Origin: Octopus vulgaris
Taxonomy: Eukaryota
Direction: 5' to 3'
Length of the DNA stretch: 64,000 nt
Assembly (NCBI GenBank): GCA_951406725.2
Contig: OX597818.1
Coordinates: 129,146,001 to 129,210,000, forward strand
In this document: positions 41,316 through 53,036 of the stretch, in pieces
Position numbering within the stretch: position 1 is the stretch's first letter
Layout: every line of letters begins with the position of its first letter
Program-made: the position numbers and the translations under genes
Notes under the pieces: generated by a model
Database searches by the model: none
What the model saw: only the letters and a program-made list of their open reading frames with translations
Told to the model about the DNA's origin: nothing

Positions 41316-41869
41316 TTCAAATAGAAAAACGTGGCTTATGTGGCAGCTGTCTTCTGACCAGTGTTTGAAGCTTGCCCTGTTTTTATAGGGAGTTCATGGC
41401 TCAAATTAGTATATGCTTTGAATAGGATTTGATTGATTGGTAGAGGATAGTCACATGACTGGTCTAAGAAATTTTTGTAGGTTCCCAAGGCTGACATAGT
41501 TGACTGAACATGTCCAAACAATCACTGCTCTGAATGTTTTCTGTCAAGTGTTTGCAGAGAATGAACACATACTTAAGTTTATAACCTTTTGTACATTTCC
41601 TGCTACATTCGTGCTTCGTTAGTGTCACATGACAGTATATTTTGTGCATAAAAAGAAGGCCGACACAGTTGAGTGAATATGATTAGTTATAATCAAGGTA
41701 CTCCAAATTTAATCTATCTGGTAGGGGAGAGTGGACAGGAGCCGTTTGTATGTAGTCCAGTGGCTAAAGTTTAGGTTGTTAGCTGTGTAACTCCCTCATA
41801 ATAAGTGGCAGAATGAATTTTGTGCGTGAAATATATATGTATACATGAATGCATAATTTCTATATCTAT

Positions 41870-42160
41870 ATACATACATATGTACATCTGTCCATATCCA
41901 CCCATCCATCCATCCATCCATACATACATAAATACATACATACATATATACATACATACATATGCATGCATACATACATATATACATACATACATACATT
42001 CATACATAAATATATGCATGCATACATACATACATTCATAAGTACATACATACATACATGCATACATACATAAATACATACATACATACATACATACATA
42101 CATACATACATACATACATACATACATACATACATACATACATACATGCATACATAGATA
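41870..42160. repeat. (TACA)n/(CATC)n microsatellite
   Basis: Direct reading. Confidence 0.95.
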
Positions 42161-42194
42161 CAATTATCTCTATTTTTTTATTAAATAAAAGAAA

Positions 42195-42350
42195 CTATCT
42201 TCCTGGTTAACCTTCCTTTGATATTGCTGCACCTTTTATGTGTCCATAGCTTACACCGGGTAGATCGTATGGAGTTTCTACCCATTCCTTTTCTGCAAAC
42301 TGAGCAGGATCATCTACCTAAAGGTGTTTGCGATTTGACAGCCTTCCTAC

Positions 42351-42353
<3 letters not shown>
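42195..42353 (-). pseudogene. RTE-clade LINE fragment (PHD-like Cys/His insert)
   Basis: SCSVCRKGMGRNSIRSTRCKLWTHKRCSNIKGRL; homologous to 47038-47120. Confidence 0.7.
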
Positions 42354-42415
<62 letters not shown>

Positions 42416-42479
42416 TGGACAAACGAAAGAAGGGCACTCAACCAATGTATTGGTTACATGTATGGATCAAAACAATTTG

Positions 42480-42546
42480 ATTCAAATTCATTGGTACTCT
42501 TGAGTTTCAAGCATGATGCTAATCATCAGACATTTTGAATTTGAAT
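42480..42546 (-). ncRNA. Type I hammerhead-like ribozyme
   Basis: ATTCAAATTCA-aaatgt-CTGATGA-tt-AGCA-tca-TGCT-t-GAAA-CTC-aa-GAG-TA-ccaa-TGAATTTGAAT. Confidence 0.65.
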
Positions 42547-42723
42547 GGCAGAAATTGATTATTACCATAGGGTAGGCTGCAATTGGTTGAGGAAGGTCAT
42601 GCAGTATTGTGGTTTGATGTTGATATATGGGTAACAGTTAGTTGGAAAATACTCTTGAATTTGATGGACATATCGCTGTATGTATGCCAACTCAAAAAAT
42701 TTCAAGTGAGACTTTTTATTGAT

Positions 42724-42765
42724 GTACCTGAAGAGATCCAGAATGGGTTGAAACATGCGTTGTAT
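42724..42765 (+). ncRNA. Minimal type I hammerhead-like ribozyme
   Basis: GTAC-CTGAAGA-GATCCA-gaa-TGGGTT-GAAA-C-atgc-G-TT-GTAT; full core, GUU triplet. Confidence 0.72.
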
Positions 42766-42929
42766 CCAATAAAGCCCATTACACATTCAATCTCCTATTT
42801 TATTAATACTGTTACTCCAACAGACACTATGAAGTTCCTGCAGTAAATCTACTGATTACAACAAGTAATCGAAACTGTGCCAGTGCTTTACTCATCATCC
42901 ATTTATACATTACATATATATATATATAT

Positions 42930-43321
42930 TCTTTACTCTTACTCTTTTACTTGTTTCAGTCTTTGACTGCAGCCATGCTGGAGCACCGCCTTTAGTCGAG
43001 CAAATCGACCCCGGGACTTATTCTTTGTAAGCCTAGTACTTATTCTATCAGTCTCTTTTGCCGGACCGCTAAGTGACGGGGACGTAAACACACCAGCATC
43101 GGTTGTCAAGCAATGCTAGGGGGACAAACACAGACGCACAAACATATATATACATATATACGACAGGCTTCTTTCAGTTTCCGTCTACCAAATCCACTCA
43201 CAAGGTTTTGGTCGGCCCGAGGCTATAGCAGAAGACACTTGCCCAAGGTGCCATGCAGTGGGACTGAACCCGGAACCATGTGGTTGGTAAGCAAGCTACT
43301 TACCACACAGCCACTCCTGCG

Positions 43322-43324
<3 letters not shown>
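42930..43324 (-). mobile_element. SINE family B, full length and young
   Basis: Near-identical reverse complement of 5862-6265. Confidence 0.9.
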
Positions 43325-43365
<41 letters not shown>

Positions 43366-43373
43366 TAAGTATG

Positions 43374-43424
<51 letters not shown>

Positions 43425-43449
43425 GTGTGTGTATGTATGTTCTGGTTAA

Positions 43450-43783
43450 TGTACATCAATATTAGCAACTAGGAAGCAGTTGCCAGCAACCGTGGAGATT
43501 GGCGATGTACCGTAAAAGAGGGAACACAAAAGAGTGACAGAGAGAGAGAGAGAGAGAGGAGAAATGGCAAGACAAGAAAAGACGTCAACAAGAAACTATG
43601 ACATTACAACCAGCCAGGAAAAGTCTTCGCTACTCTTGCGGCACCTGCCAGGGGGAGTGTTTGTCCAGGATAGGACTACACAGTCACAGCAGGAAATGTA
43701 TTAGGACATGAGATGTAAAAGCTGGACTAGATTATTTTATGCGCAACTCCATTGTCTCCCGAGACAAAAAGGATGCCAACCAA
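43450..43783 (+). pseudogene. RTE-clade LINE 3' end with C-terminal zinc finger
   Basis: EAVASNRGDWRCTVKEG...YSCGTCQGECLSRIGLHSHSRKC, then a short UTR with a tgtctcccgagaca hairpin. Confidence 0.8.
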
Positions 43784-43804
43784 TATGTATGTATGTATAT
43801 ATAT

Positions 43805-44010
43805 AGTTAATCCAAACATGAAAACACAAAGAGAAAACACAACGCGAGGATGTGGAACAAATATAGTATTATTGGATGCTCAGGAAAGAAGGAAAGAAGG
43901 AGAGTTTAATGTTTCGAGTGGAGCTCTTCGTCGGAAACATAGGAGAAGGAAAGATCCAGAGAAGGGAAGATGGAGGAAAAAAATTCGCCAACGGTACACA
44001 CGAGGTCACA
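43805..44010 (-). mobile_element. ~200-bp element in (TA)n with a minimal hammerhead (43904-43938)
   Basis: GTTT-CCGACGA-a-GAGC-tcc-aCTC-GAAA-C-a-TT-AAAC (CpG-decayed); same family as 53981-54190. Confidence 0.7.
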
Positions 44011-44037
44011 TATGTATATATGTGTGTGTATATTATG

Positions 44038-44079
<42 letters not shown>

Positions 44080-44302
44080 CGTATGTATTGTATGTATGTA
44101 TCTTTATCTTATATCTTTTGTTTGTTTCATTCACTGGAATTTGGCCATACTGAGGAACCATCTTGAAAGGTTTTAGTCAAGCAAATGAACTCCAGTAGTT
44201 TTTGGTTTTGGGATAAGGACTAGACAATTGCATTGGCTGCAGTGCACAGCTGGTACCTATTTCATTAACCTTGAAAGGATGAAAGGCAAAGGCAACCATG
44301 GC

Positions 44303-44394
<92 letters not shown>

Positions 44395-44398
<4 letters not shown>

Positions 44399-44733
44399 CA
44401 ATACCTGTTGTCATAGGTGCCCTGGAAATCATAGCAAAAGGGGCTGATTGCTACCTAACTCAGATACCAGGAAACCCCAAAATGGCAGAAATTCAAAAGA
44501 TAGTGCTCATGGGAACTGCTCATATTCTACGCAAAATACTTTCTATGTAATCTCAAGGTTTAAAATAAACATTTTTTTTTTTTTTTTAGACATCCACTAG
44601 TACAACACAGAAAACAACCAAATATATGGCACACTAGGCATAACAACAACGTGAACTTCAACCTGTTGTCTCTTGAGGTCTCCGGGTGAGACTTGGAGCC
44701 AACTTGTACAAATATAAAGCAAAAGTCAAACAT
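44395..44733 (+). pseudogene. R4/Dong-like non-LTR retrotransposon 3' end (family 1)
   Basis: TIPVVIGALEIIAKGADCYLTQIPGNPKMAEIQKIVLMGTAHILRKILSM*, then UTR; flanked by (TAA)n. Confidence 0.85.
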
Positions 44734-44764
<31 letters not shown>

Positions 44765-44800
44765 TAATAATAATAATAATAATATTAATAATAATAATAA

Positions 44801-45091
44801 ACCGGAAATTATAAGGGAACCGAAAATTATATGAGAATGATCCCTGGCTTATCATCCCTGCAAGAAGTGCAAAAGATTGTCTTAACTGGTATATCACATG
44901 TATTGAGAAGAGCATTGTCGCTGTGAGAGCTGTTACTGCCCATGTATTTTAATTTAACCTTAAAAAAAAAAAGAACGAACTATTGAGTTTGGTTTAATGG
45001 CCTACCAATGTATACTATGAATTTCTTTGCCCTAGGAGTCGGGAAGACGCTCGGCAAGAAATGGAAGCAAATTTGAAAGAAGAAAAAAAAA
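44801..45091 (+). pseudogene. R4/Dong-like 3' end (family 2)
   Basis: KGTENYMRMIPGLSSLQEVQKIVLTGISHVLRRALSL*, then UTR; flanked by (TAA)n. Confidence 0.8.
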
Positions 45092-45140
45092 TAGTAATAA
45101 TAATAATAATAATAATATTAATAATAATAATAATAATAAT

Positions 45141-45486
45141 AAAACAATACCTGTTGTCATAGGTGCCCTGGGAATCATAGCAAAAGGGGCTGATTGCTAC
45201 CTAACTCAGATACCAGGAAACCCCAAAATGGCAGAAATTCAAAAGATAGTGCTCATAGGAACTACTCATATCCTGTGCAAAATACTTCCTTTGTAATCTC
45301 AAGTTTTAAAGCAAACATAATTTTCTTTTGTTTTTTTTTAGGCATTCACTAGTACAACACTAAATACAAAACCAAATATATGGCACACTAGGCATAACAA
45401 CAATACGAACTTCCAACCTGTTGTCTCTTGAGGTCTCTGGCTGAGACTTGGAGCCAACTTGTACAAATATAAAGCAAAAGTCAAAC

Positions 45487-45490
<4 letters not shown>
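45141..45490 (+). pseudogene. R4/Dong-like 3' end (family 1, second copy)
   Basis: Colinear with 44395-44733 from the same 5' breakpoint. Confidence 0.85.
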
Positions 45491-45528
<38 letters not shown>

Positions 45529-45535
45529 TAATAAT

Positions 45536-45913
45536 AAAGATAATAGATGTTGCAATACTAGGCAATTTGAGGATAAAATGTAAGGAAACAGAAAAGATTG
45601 AGAAATACCAGCCACTGCAGGATGAGATAGGAAAGTTATAGGGCATGAGGAAAGCAGTGGTGATACTGGTGGTAACTGAAGCATTAGGAGCAGTTTCCAA
45701 GGACTTTGAAAAACATATTAAGAATATTGGAGCTGCTGTCAGGCTTGAGGTGATCCAGAAGACAGTATTGTTGGGAACAGCTTGCATTCGAAGAGAGTGT
45801 TGTCTTTTTGAGTCACAGGAGAAGGCACTACTTGAAGCCTTTGGTGGTTTGTTGTTGCCTGCTTTCAAGTAAAGAATAACTAGTAATCAAGAACTATCCA
45901 AGAGTCTTTCAGA
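45536..45913 (+). pseudogene. R4/Dong-like 3' end with a restriction-like endonuclease remnant (family 3)
   Basis: IIDVAILGNLRIKCKETEKIEKYQPLQDEIGKL*GMRKAVVILVVTEALGAVSK..IQKTVLLGTACIRR. Confidence 0.88.
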
Positions 45914-45922
45914 ATAATAATG

Positions 45923-45974
<52 letters not shown>

Positions 45975-46082
45975 TGATGATGATGATGATGATAATAATA
46001 AAAATAATAATAATAATAATGATAACAATAATAATAATAATAATAATAATAATGATAATAATAATTAATAATTATAATAATG

Positions 46083-46125
<43 letters not shown>

Positions 46126-46183
46126 TGATGATGATGATGATGATAATAATAATAATAATAATAATAATGATAACAACAACAAC

Positions 46184-46215
<32 letters not shown>

Positions 46216-46242
46216 TAATGATAATTAATAATTATAATAATG

Positions 46243-46292
<50 letters not shown>
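45914..46292. repeat. (TAA)n/(TGA)n microsatellite
   Basis: Direct reading. Confidence 0.95.
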
Positions 46293-46294
<2 letters not shown>

Positions 46295-46701
46295 CTAGAA
46301 AAGCACTCGAAAAGTGCAGGCCTTTGCCAAGCAGCTCATTTTAAGATAGATATGCAAGTAAAATTACTAATAGAGAAGCGAAAATAAACTTTGGAAATAG
46401 CAACACCACCATAGGTTCTGTGGAAACGATGAACGTGTTTTCAAGGTAGATAATCAAAGATCGTAACATTGTAATACTTCATGTAAAGTATATATAACAT
46501 AGGAAAAAATCCTTCAAGAATCCATAAAAATTCCTAGATCACTACCAAAATTTCATCATCTGTTTTTTGTGTCATTACCAACTTTTTCTGCAAGTTTCAT
46601 CAAATATTGTTTACAAATTTTTGAGTTATTTTGCACACAGACGGACAGACAGACAAACCAGCGCTGAAGAAAACATAACCTCATTCTTTGGCGGAGGTAA
46701 T
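46293..46701 (+). mobile_element. Helentron/DINE-like non-autonomous element
   Basis: aactagaaaagcactc 5' end; subterminal IR cctttgccaag / ctttggcggagg; (caga)n; 3' hairpin acctc..gaggt. Confidence 0.7.
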
Positions 46702-46705
46702 AATA

Positions 46706-46920
46706 ATCCTTTCTACTAAAGGTAGAAGGCCTGAAATTTGGGGAAGGGGACTAGTCATTTACATCAACCCCAGTTTTTCACTGGTACTTAGTTTATCGAG
46801 CCCAAAAAGATTAAAAGGTAAAGTCAACCCCAGCAGAATTTGAACTCAGAACATAAGAATGGACAAAATGTTGCTAAGCATTTTGCCTGGCATGCTAACA
46901 ATTCTGCCAACTTGCCACCT
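46706..46920 (-). mobile_element. SINE family A
   Basis: aggtaaagtcaaccccagcagaatttgaactcagaac...tctgccaacttgccacct. Confidence 0.8.
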
Positions 46921-47037
46921 AACAACAACAACAACAACAATAATAAGCAACAACAGCAGCAATTTGCCATCAGTCTGCCCTCGGTGATGATCCAATAGTA
47001 CAAATATTTGCTCTATCAGACATTTTGAACTTATTCT

Positions 47038-47348
47038 GAATTCCATATGGTGTAACCAGTACAAGCTATGGACACACAAAAGGAGCAGTGAGTCACAGGA
47101 GGGTTAATGGAGAAAGTAGTCTTTGTATGTGGAAGATGCACAGCTACCATAAAGTCCAAGCATAGACATTCTCTGAAATACCTTGGAGGCTCCCTAGAGG
47201 TAGTAGATAGTTCCTGCTACATAGGCGACCTAATTAGCAGTGGAGAATGATGTTCTGAAAATGTAGCATGAGAAATAGGATGGAGAAAGTTCAGAGAGCT
47301 TTTACCTCTGTTGGCAACAAAAGGTCTCTCTCTCTGAGTGGAAGGCAT
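47038..47348 (+). pseudogene. RTE-clade LINE ORF fragment
   Basis: NSIWCNQYKLWTHKR..FVCGRC..LEVVDSSCYIGDLISSG..GWRKFRELLPLLATKGLSL. Confidence 0.8.
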
Positions 47349-47404
47349 ATGGCATGCCAGCATGGGAAACAGATGCTAAGTAATGATGATATATATATAT
47401 ATGA

Positions 47405-47828
47405 GTTCCTTTCGATCATTGGGACCTCACGGAGTCAAAGTGGCTGAGTTCATTTCGAGTGTTGGGCCTCAAAGAGGCAAGGACCAAGACCTTTCGCATT
47501 ATGTCATGCTTGAGAAGAAGACCCATCAAGCTGGGCAAAATTGCAGTTGTGTCAGATACCAGTGTCATGCAAATTGGCACCTGAGCTGTTGGCATGTAAA
47601 TACATCCTGGTGTCATGCAAATGGCACCTGCACCAGTGGCATATAAAAGTACCCATTATACTTTTGGAGTGGTTGGCGTTAGGAAGGGCATCCAACCAGA
47701 AAAAAACCATGCCAAATGAGACTGGAGTCTGTTGCAGCCTTCCAGTGTCCCAGCCCAGTCAAACCATCCAACCCATGCCAGCATGGACAACGGACCCTAA
47801 ATTACGATGATGATGATGATAATGATGA
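47405..47828 (+). mobile_element. SINE family C, long copy with (GAT)n tail
   Basis: ggagtggttggcgttaggaagggcatcca..ccaacccatgccagcatgga..acgatgatgat; internal ~40-bp duplication gtgtcatgcaaa(t)tggcacctg. Confidence 0.75.
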
Positions 47829-47965
47829 TATATACAGTATCTCACAGAAGTATGTACACCCCTAAAAATTTTCAATAAAATTGCATTACTCTAATAATAT
47901 TGAAGGAAATCAAACGAAATTTATAGTGAATAAAATATATTTTACATGCAAACATTATACAAATT

Positions 47966-48183
47966 ACGGAGATGTACTTGCATAGCAAGTGATTTGATCT
48001 GAGATCATGTGCTGAAACAAAAACAATTGCAGCGTGGAAGGTGTTTGTAAGCCATTTTAGAAACACACAAAAGCGATGAAAATATTTTGACAAATTAAAC
48101 TTAAATGTTGAAGTGAATCGAATGGCTTTTGTGTGTTTCTTAAATGGCTTACAAACACCTTCCACACTGCAATTATACAAATT
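47966..48183. mobile_element. Fold-back element inserted in the Tc1 TIR, with target duplication
   Basis: Arms aattgcagcgtggaaggtgtttgtaagccattt..gaaacacacaaaagc / gcttttgtgtgtttc..aaatggcttacaaacaccttccacactgcaatt; attatacaaatt on both sides. Confidence 0.75.
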
Positions 48184-48271
48184 GGAAATACAAAACCAAA
48201 AGATATGATATGAAATATTAGTTTTCAAATGATACAAAAATATGCACCCCCTAAAGGATTATTTGCTATAT

Positions 48272-49519
48272 TCAATATTTGGTGTGACCGTCCTTACTTT
48301 CAATGACTGCATTAGGTTTTGTGGGCATAGAGTCAACTAAATTTCCGCATATGATCGATGAAATTGATCTCCATTCACCCTGAATGATGTCTTTCAACTG
48401 TGTTACATTGCAGGGTTTTTTCTCCTCAACCCTCCTTTTGAAAACACCCCACAGATGTTCTATTGGGTTTCAATCAGGTGACATGGTAGGTCAAGGCAAT
48501 ACCTTTACCTTTTTTATCTGATAAAAACCTAGTCGTCATCATGGAAGTGTGTTTAGAGTCATTATCATGTTGGAACATGGAATGACTTCCTAGTTCCTTG
48601 ATGCTTTCAAACACTGTTTTCTGCAATATGCCAAAATAAAGCCATGAATCCATTGTTCTTCCAATAAATGTGAGTCCTCCTAAACCAACCACACTCATGC
48701 ATCCCCAAAGCATAACACTTCTGCTGCCGTGTTTCACAGTAGGCATGGTGCATTTGTTGTTATTATCTTCACCTGGTCATTGCCATACTTGTTTAATACC
48801 TATTTTTTTATTACCCACAAGGGGCTAAATAAGGACAGACATAGGTATTAAGTCGATTACATCGACCCCAGTGTGTAACTGGTACTTAATTTATCGACCC
48901 CGAAAGGATGAAAGGCAAAGTCGACCTCAACGGAATTTGAACTCACAATGTAACGCAGACGAAATACCGCTAAGCATTTCGCCCGGCGCGCTAACGTTTC
49001 TGCCAACTCGCTGCCTTGAATACCATCTGACCCAAACAAGTTGATTTTAGTCTCGCCAGAAAAAAGAAATTTATTTCAAAACTCCTTCCTTTTACTCACA
49101 TAGGCTTTGGCAAAAGAAAGATGGCTTGATTTATGCCTGATAATGAGGAGAGGCTTTCTACAAGGAATTCATCCATGAAGACCACACTGATTCAAACTTG
49201 GGCTAACTGTTTGGGTGGATACCTTTTTTCCACTAACAGAAGTCACTTCTTGGGCCAAAGATGAAGCTGTATGATACCTGTTGTCCATCAATCAATGTTG
49301 GATGTGGCAAAAAGTACATTCAGTTAAAATTGAAGAATGACCTGGACGATGTCTATTGCTTAGCCGTCCAGTAGCTTTGTACTTCTAAATTACTTTGGCA
49401 ACTGTGTTTACACTAATATGTATTCATTTGCAAATTAACTTGTATCCTAAACCATTCTTGTGCAAATTAAAAATAATTTTCCTCAAATCTTCAGACAATT
49501 CTTTTCCTTTTGGTGCCAT
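48272..49519 (-). pseudogene. Tc1 (DD34E-type) transposase pseudogene
   Basis: MAPKGKELSEDLRKII..RKPLL..FSGETKINLFGSDG..PTVKHGSRSVMLWGC..FQHDNDSKHTS..SPD*NPIEHLW..GHTKY*; stops, frameshifts and a SINE insertion. Confidence 0.93.
48801..49018 (-). mobile_element. SINE family A, full length, inserted in the transposase
   Basis: TSD aatacc at 48795-48800 and 49019-49024; the transposase frame resumes across it (FGSDGI|KQVW). Confidence 0.92.
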
Positions 49520-49908
49520 TTTAATCACAATGAAGAAGATTTTCACCACAGTACACAAATCAGAATTCCTGCAGATGCAATAACAATGACCGATGCAAAA
49601 ATGCCAGGAGAAATAATTTATTAGAATTGAAATAATCAGCAATATCTGAATTTAGTAAAAAAAGTGGATAAAATATTGAATATAGCAAGTTTCCTTTAGG
49701 ATGTACATATTTTTGTAACATCTGAAAATAAATATTTCGTTCATATCTTTGAAAATGTTTATTGTTTTTTGTTTCAAATTTATATAATGTTTGCATGTGT
49801 AATATATTTTATTCAGTATGAATTTTGTTTGATTTCCTTTGATATTATCAGAGTAATGGCAATTTTGTTGAAATGTTTTAGGGGTGTACATATTTCTGTG
49901 AAATACTG

Positions 49909-49962
<54 letters not shown>

Positions 49963-50590
49963 TATATATACGCACATATATATATGTATGCATGCGTGTA
50001 TATATATATGTAAATACAAACATATACATACATATGTATTTGTGTATATATACACATACACACACATTCACACACATATATATATATATATACTTATATG
50101 TAAACACACATGCATACCCACACACACACGGATACATACATACATATACAATATACACATTCAAAACAGATGGAAATTTCTTATACTGAAGTGAGAATGA
50201 AAGCATTTGGATTTCTTTGATAGAACAGTGTATATCTTTATCATAAACGGCTCTTCAGTGTTCTGGCGCTAAAGCTCATTATTTCAAGAGAACATTCCAG
50301 AAAAGAAAAAGCAAAAAAAAAAATAAAACAAAACAGAAAGAGAGATGAAACCTTAAACCACACTTTAGTATATTTACTCACCTCTTTTTGCATTGCATAG
50401 CTTTGCATTATGTTGCATCGGTTTAGTTGCAACACCTGCATTGGCATGTATAACTCTTAGATCTACACTGAGTTTCAACTTTGCACAATTATCTGTTAAT
50501 CAAGCAAAAAAAAAAAAAAAAAAAAAAGGAAAAATCCCTGCAAATCTCTACGAAAGCAAAACACGATAAAAATGCTCTTGCACATGTGTG

Positions 50591-50625
<35 letters not shown>

Positions 50626-51032
50626 AGGTGCACTCAGACTTGTCAAATGTATGTATGCCATTGCTAACAGCTCTGGAAACAGCTGGAGTTTAAATGTTGA
50701 GAATACTGTATGTAAAAAAAACCCTGTGTTTGCGTACGTGCTGTTCTATGTATGTCTGTGTTTGTGTATCATTATTTATATATGTATGTATAAATAGATA
50801 TACATGTATATATAGATATAAGTATATGTATATATATATATTTATATATGTATATATACATACACACACACATGCACGTATGCACACACACACACACACA
50901 CATGAAATAGATGCATGTATACTTTGCAGAAGTGTGCAGTCATGTGTTTATAGGTGCAAGTATGCGTTATATGCTGGTGTATGTTTCAATGTATCTATGT
51001 AAATCCATGTGTCTGATTTCAAATTCAGATGC

Positions 51033-51067
<35 letters not shown>

Positions 51068-51117
51068 AACAACAGAAAACATGCTGTCTACAGAAGCCAG
51101 CATTATGGAGTGAAACA

Positions 51118-51720
51118 ACCATGACGATGATGATGACGACGACCACCACCAGCAATATTACCACCAGCACCAGCACCAGCATTACCAGCACCATCACCAC
51201 CACCAACATCACCAGCATCCTCACCAGCACTGCCACCACCATCACCTCCACCACCACTACCAGCACCAGGAACATCACCACCACCAGCACCAGCATGACC
51301 AGCACCATCATCACCAGCACCATCGTCACCACCACCATCATCACCAGCACCAGCACTGCCGCCACCACCATCATCACCACCACCACCACCACCACCATCA
51401 CCACCAGCATCACCAGCACCATCATCACCACCACCATCACCACCACCATCACCACCATCCATCATTGCCACCACCATCACCACCACCATCACCACCACCA
51501 TCACCACCACCACCATCAAAACCACCAGCATCACCAGCACCATCATCACCACCACCACCACCACCACCACGTCTACCATCACCAGCACCATCATCACCAG
51601 CACCATCACCAGCACCATCATCAGCACCATCATCAGCACCACCATCACCATCATCACCACCACCACCATCACAGCACCTCCACAACCACCACCACCACCA
51701 CTGCTGCCATCATCACCAGT
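51118..51720. repeat. Cryptic (CAC/CAT/CAG)n tract
   Basis: Direct reading. Confidence 0.9.
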
Positions 51721-52639
51721 GACATCAGCACAATTACAGTGGAGGTGCAAGGTGATGTGAATGGAGGGCATTGCTCAATTAACAAGGTAGGAATTATACA
51801 AACATTGTAAGATAATCCACCTCCACTCTCTTGCACACCACACTGCAGAGTCTGCGGAAAAACGGTTTATTTGATGCTGTCTTTCTTTTCAAAATCGGTT
51901 TCATGTGAAGAAAGCTGTTTATGTGAAGAAAGCATCATTCCCTGCAACATATCCCCTTTTACACTTAGTTTCCTTCCTTCTTTCTGAACTCCGAACTCCA
52001 ACCACTGAATGCCAAACACTTAGGTTGGTTTGATAATCAAATGATTTTAGTAAGTAAACTATCACATCTGCGAAGGTGATGAAAGATGGACAAAAAGAAT
52101 CACATATACTCAATCACAAACATGCACAAAAGTGCTTACATTTAAAGGGAACAAGAATTGTATGCAACAAAAAAAAAAAGAAAAAAAAAAAAAAAAAAAA
52201 AAAGGAAGAAAAAGTCTTCAGTCTTCGGACGTCTAACATGTTGACCAATCTGGAAGAACATGAAATGCAATTTATTCTCCATTGCCCGAAAGACACTCCC
52301 CTACCCATACAGCACTCCACGAGATGTACACACACTCTCAAACCCAAACCCAAACCCATTCTTGCACGTGGCGCATCAACCACCGACCACAATCTGAGGT
52401 TCAGTGATGCGGAAGGCAAAACATGGCCAGTTCAGATGTGTTATTTTTCAGTGTTTGTTTTCCGTATGTTATTTATTCAAACTTAGAAGATGGTCCTGTA
52501 AACGCACACGCATACACACACAAGCAAACACACACACATACACATACATACACACACACACAAATCTAAAGTTACACCCACAGGAAACACATATACACAA
52601 ACACAAGAGAACACGTATGAATAGAAATATCTATGTGTA

Positions 52640-53036
52640 TGTATGTAGATATGTGTATGTATGTATGAATTATGTATGTATGTATGCATGTATGTATGTA
52701 TGTATGTATGTATGCATGCATGTATGTATGTATGTATGAATTATGTATGTATGTATGTATGCATGCATGTATGTATGTATGGATGTATGTATGCATGTAT
52801 GTATGTATGTATGCATGCATGTATGTATGTATGTATGTATGTATGTATGCATGCATGTATGTATGTATGTATGAATTATGTATGTATGTATGTATGTATG
52901 CATGCATGTATGTATGTATGGATGTATGTATGCATGTATGTATGTATGTATGCATGCATGTATGTATGTATGTATGTATGTATGTATGCATGTATGTATG
53001 AATTATGTATGTATGTATGTATGTATGTATGTATGT
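52640..53036. repeat. (TATG)n with higher-order variant pattern
   Basis: Recurring atgaattatg, tgcatgca and tggatg markers. Confidence 0.9.

Larger units (their letters stand above)
47835..49908 (-). mobile_element. Tc1-family DNA transposon with long (about 200 bp) IR/DR-type TIRs
   Basis: TA-cagtatctcacagaagtatgtacacccctaaaa ... ttttaggggtgtacatatttctgtgaaatactg-TA; inner repeats tatgcaccccctaaagg (48241) / cctttaggatgtacata (49693). Confidence 0.93.

Noticed and set aside
50385-50440. miR-33-like TGCA-rich hairpin
   Set aside because: It does not match the mature miR-33 sequence and the stem is too short for a pre-miRNA.
52340-52357. (AAACCC)3 as a telomeric repeat
   Set aside because: Only three units, and TTTGGG rather than TTAGGG.
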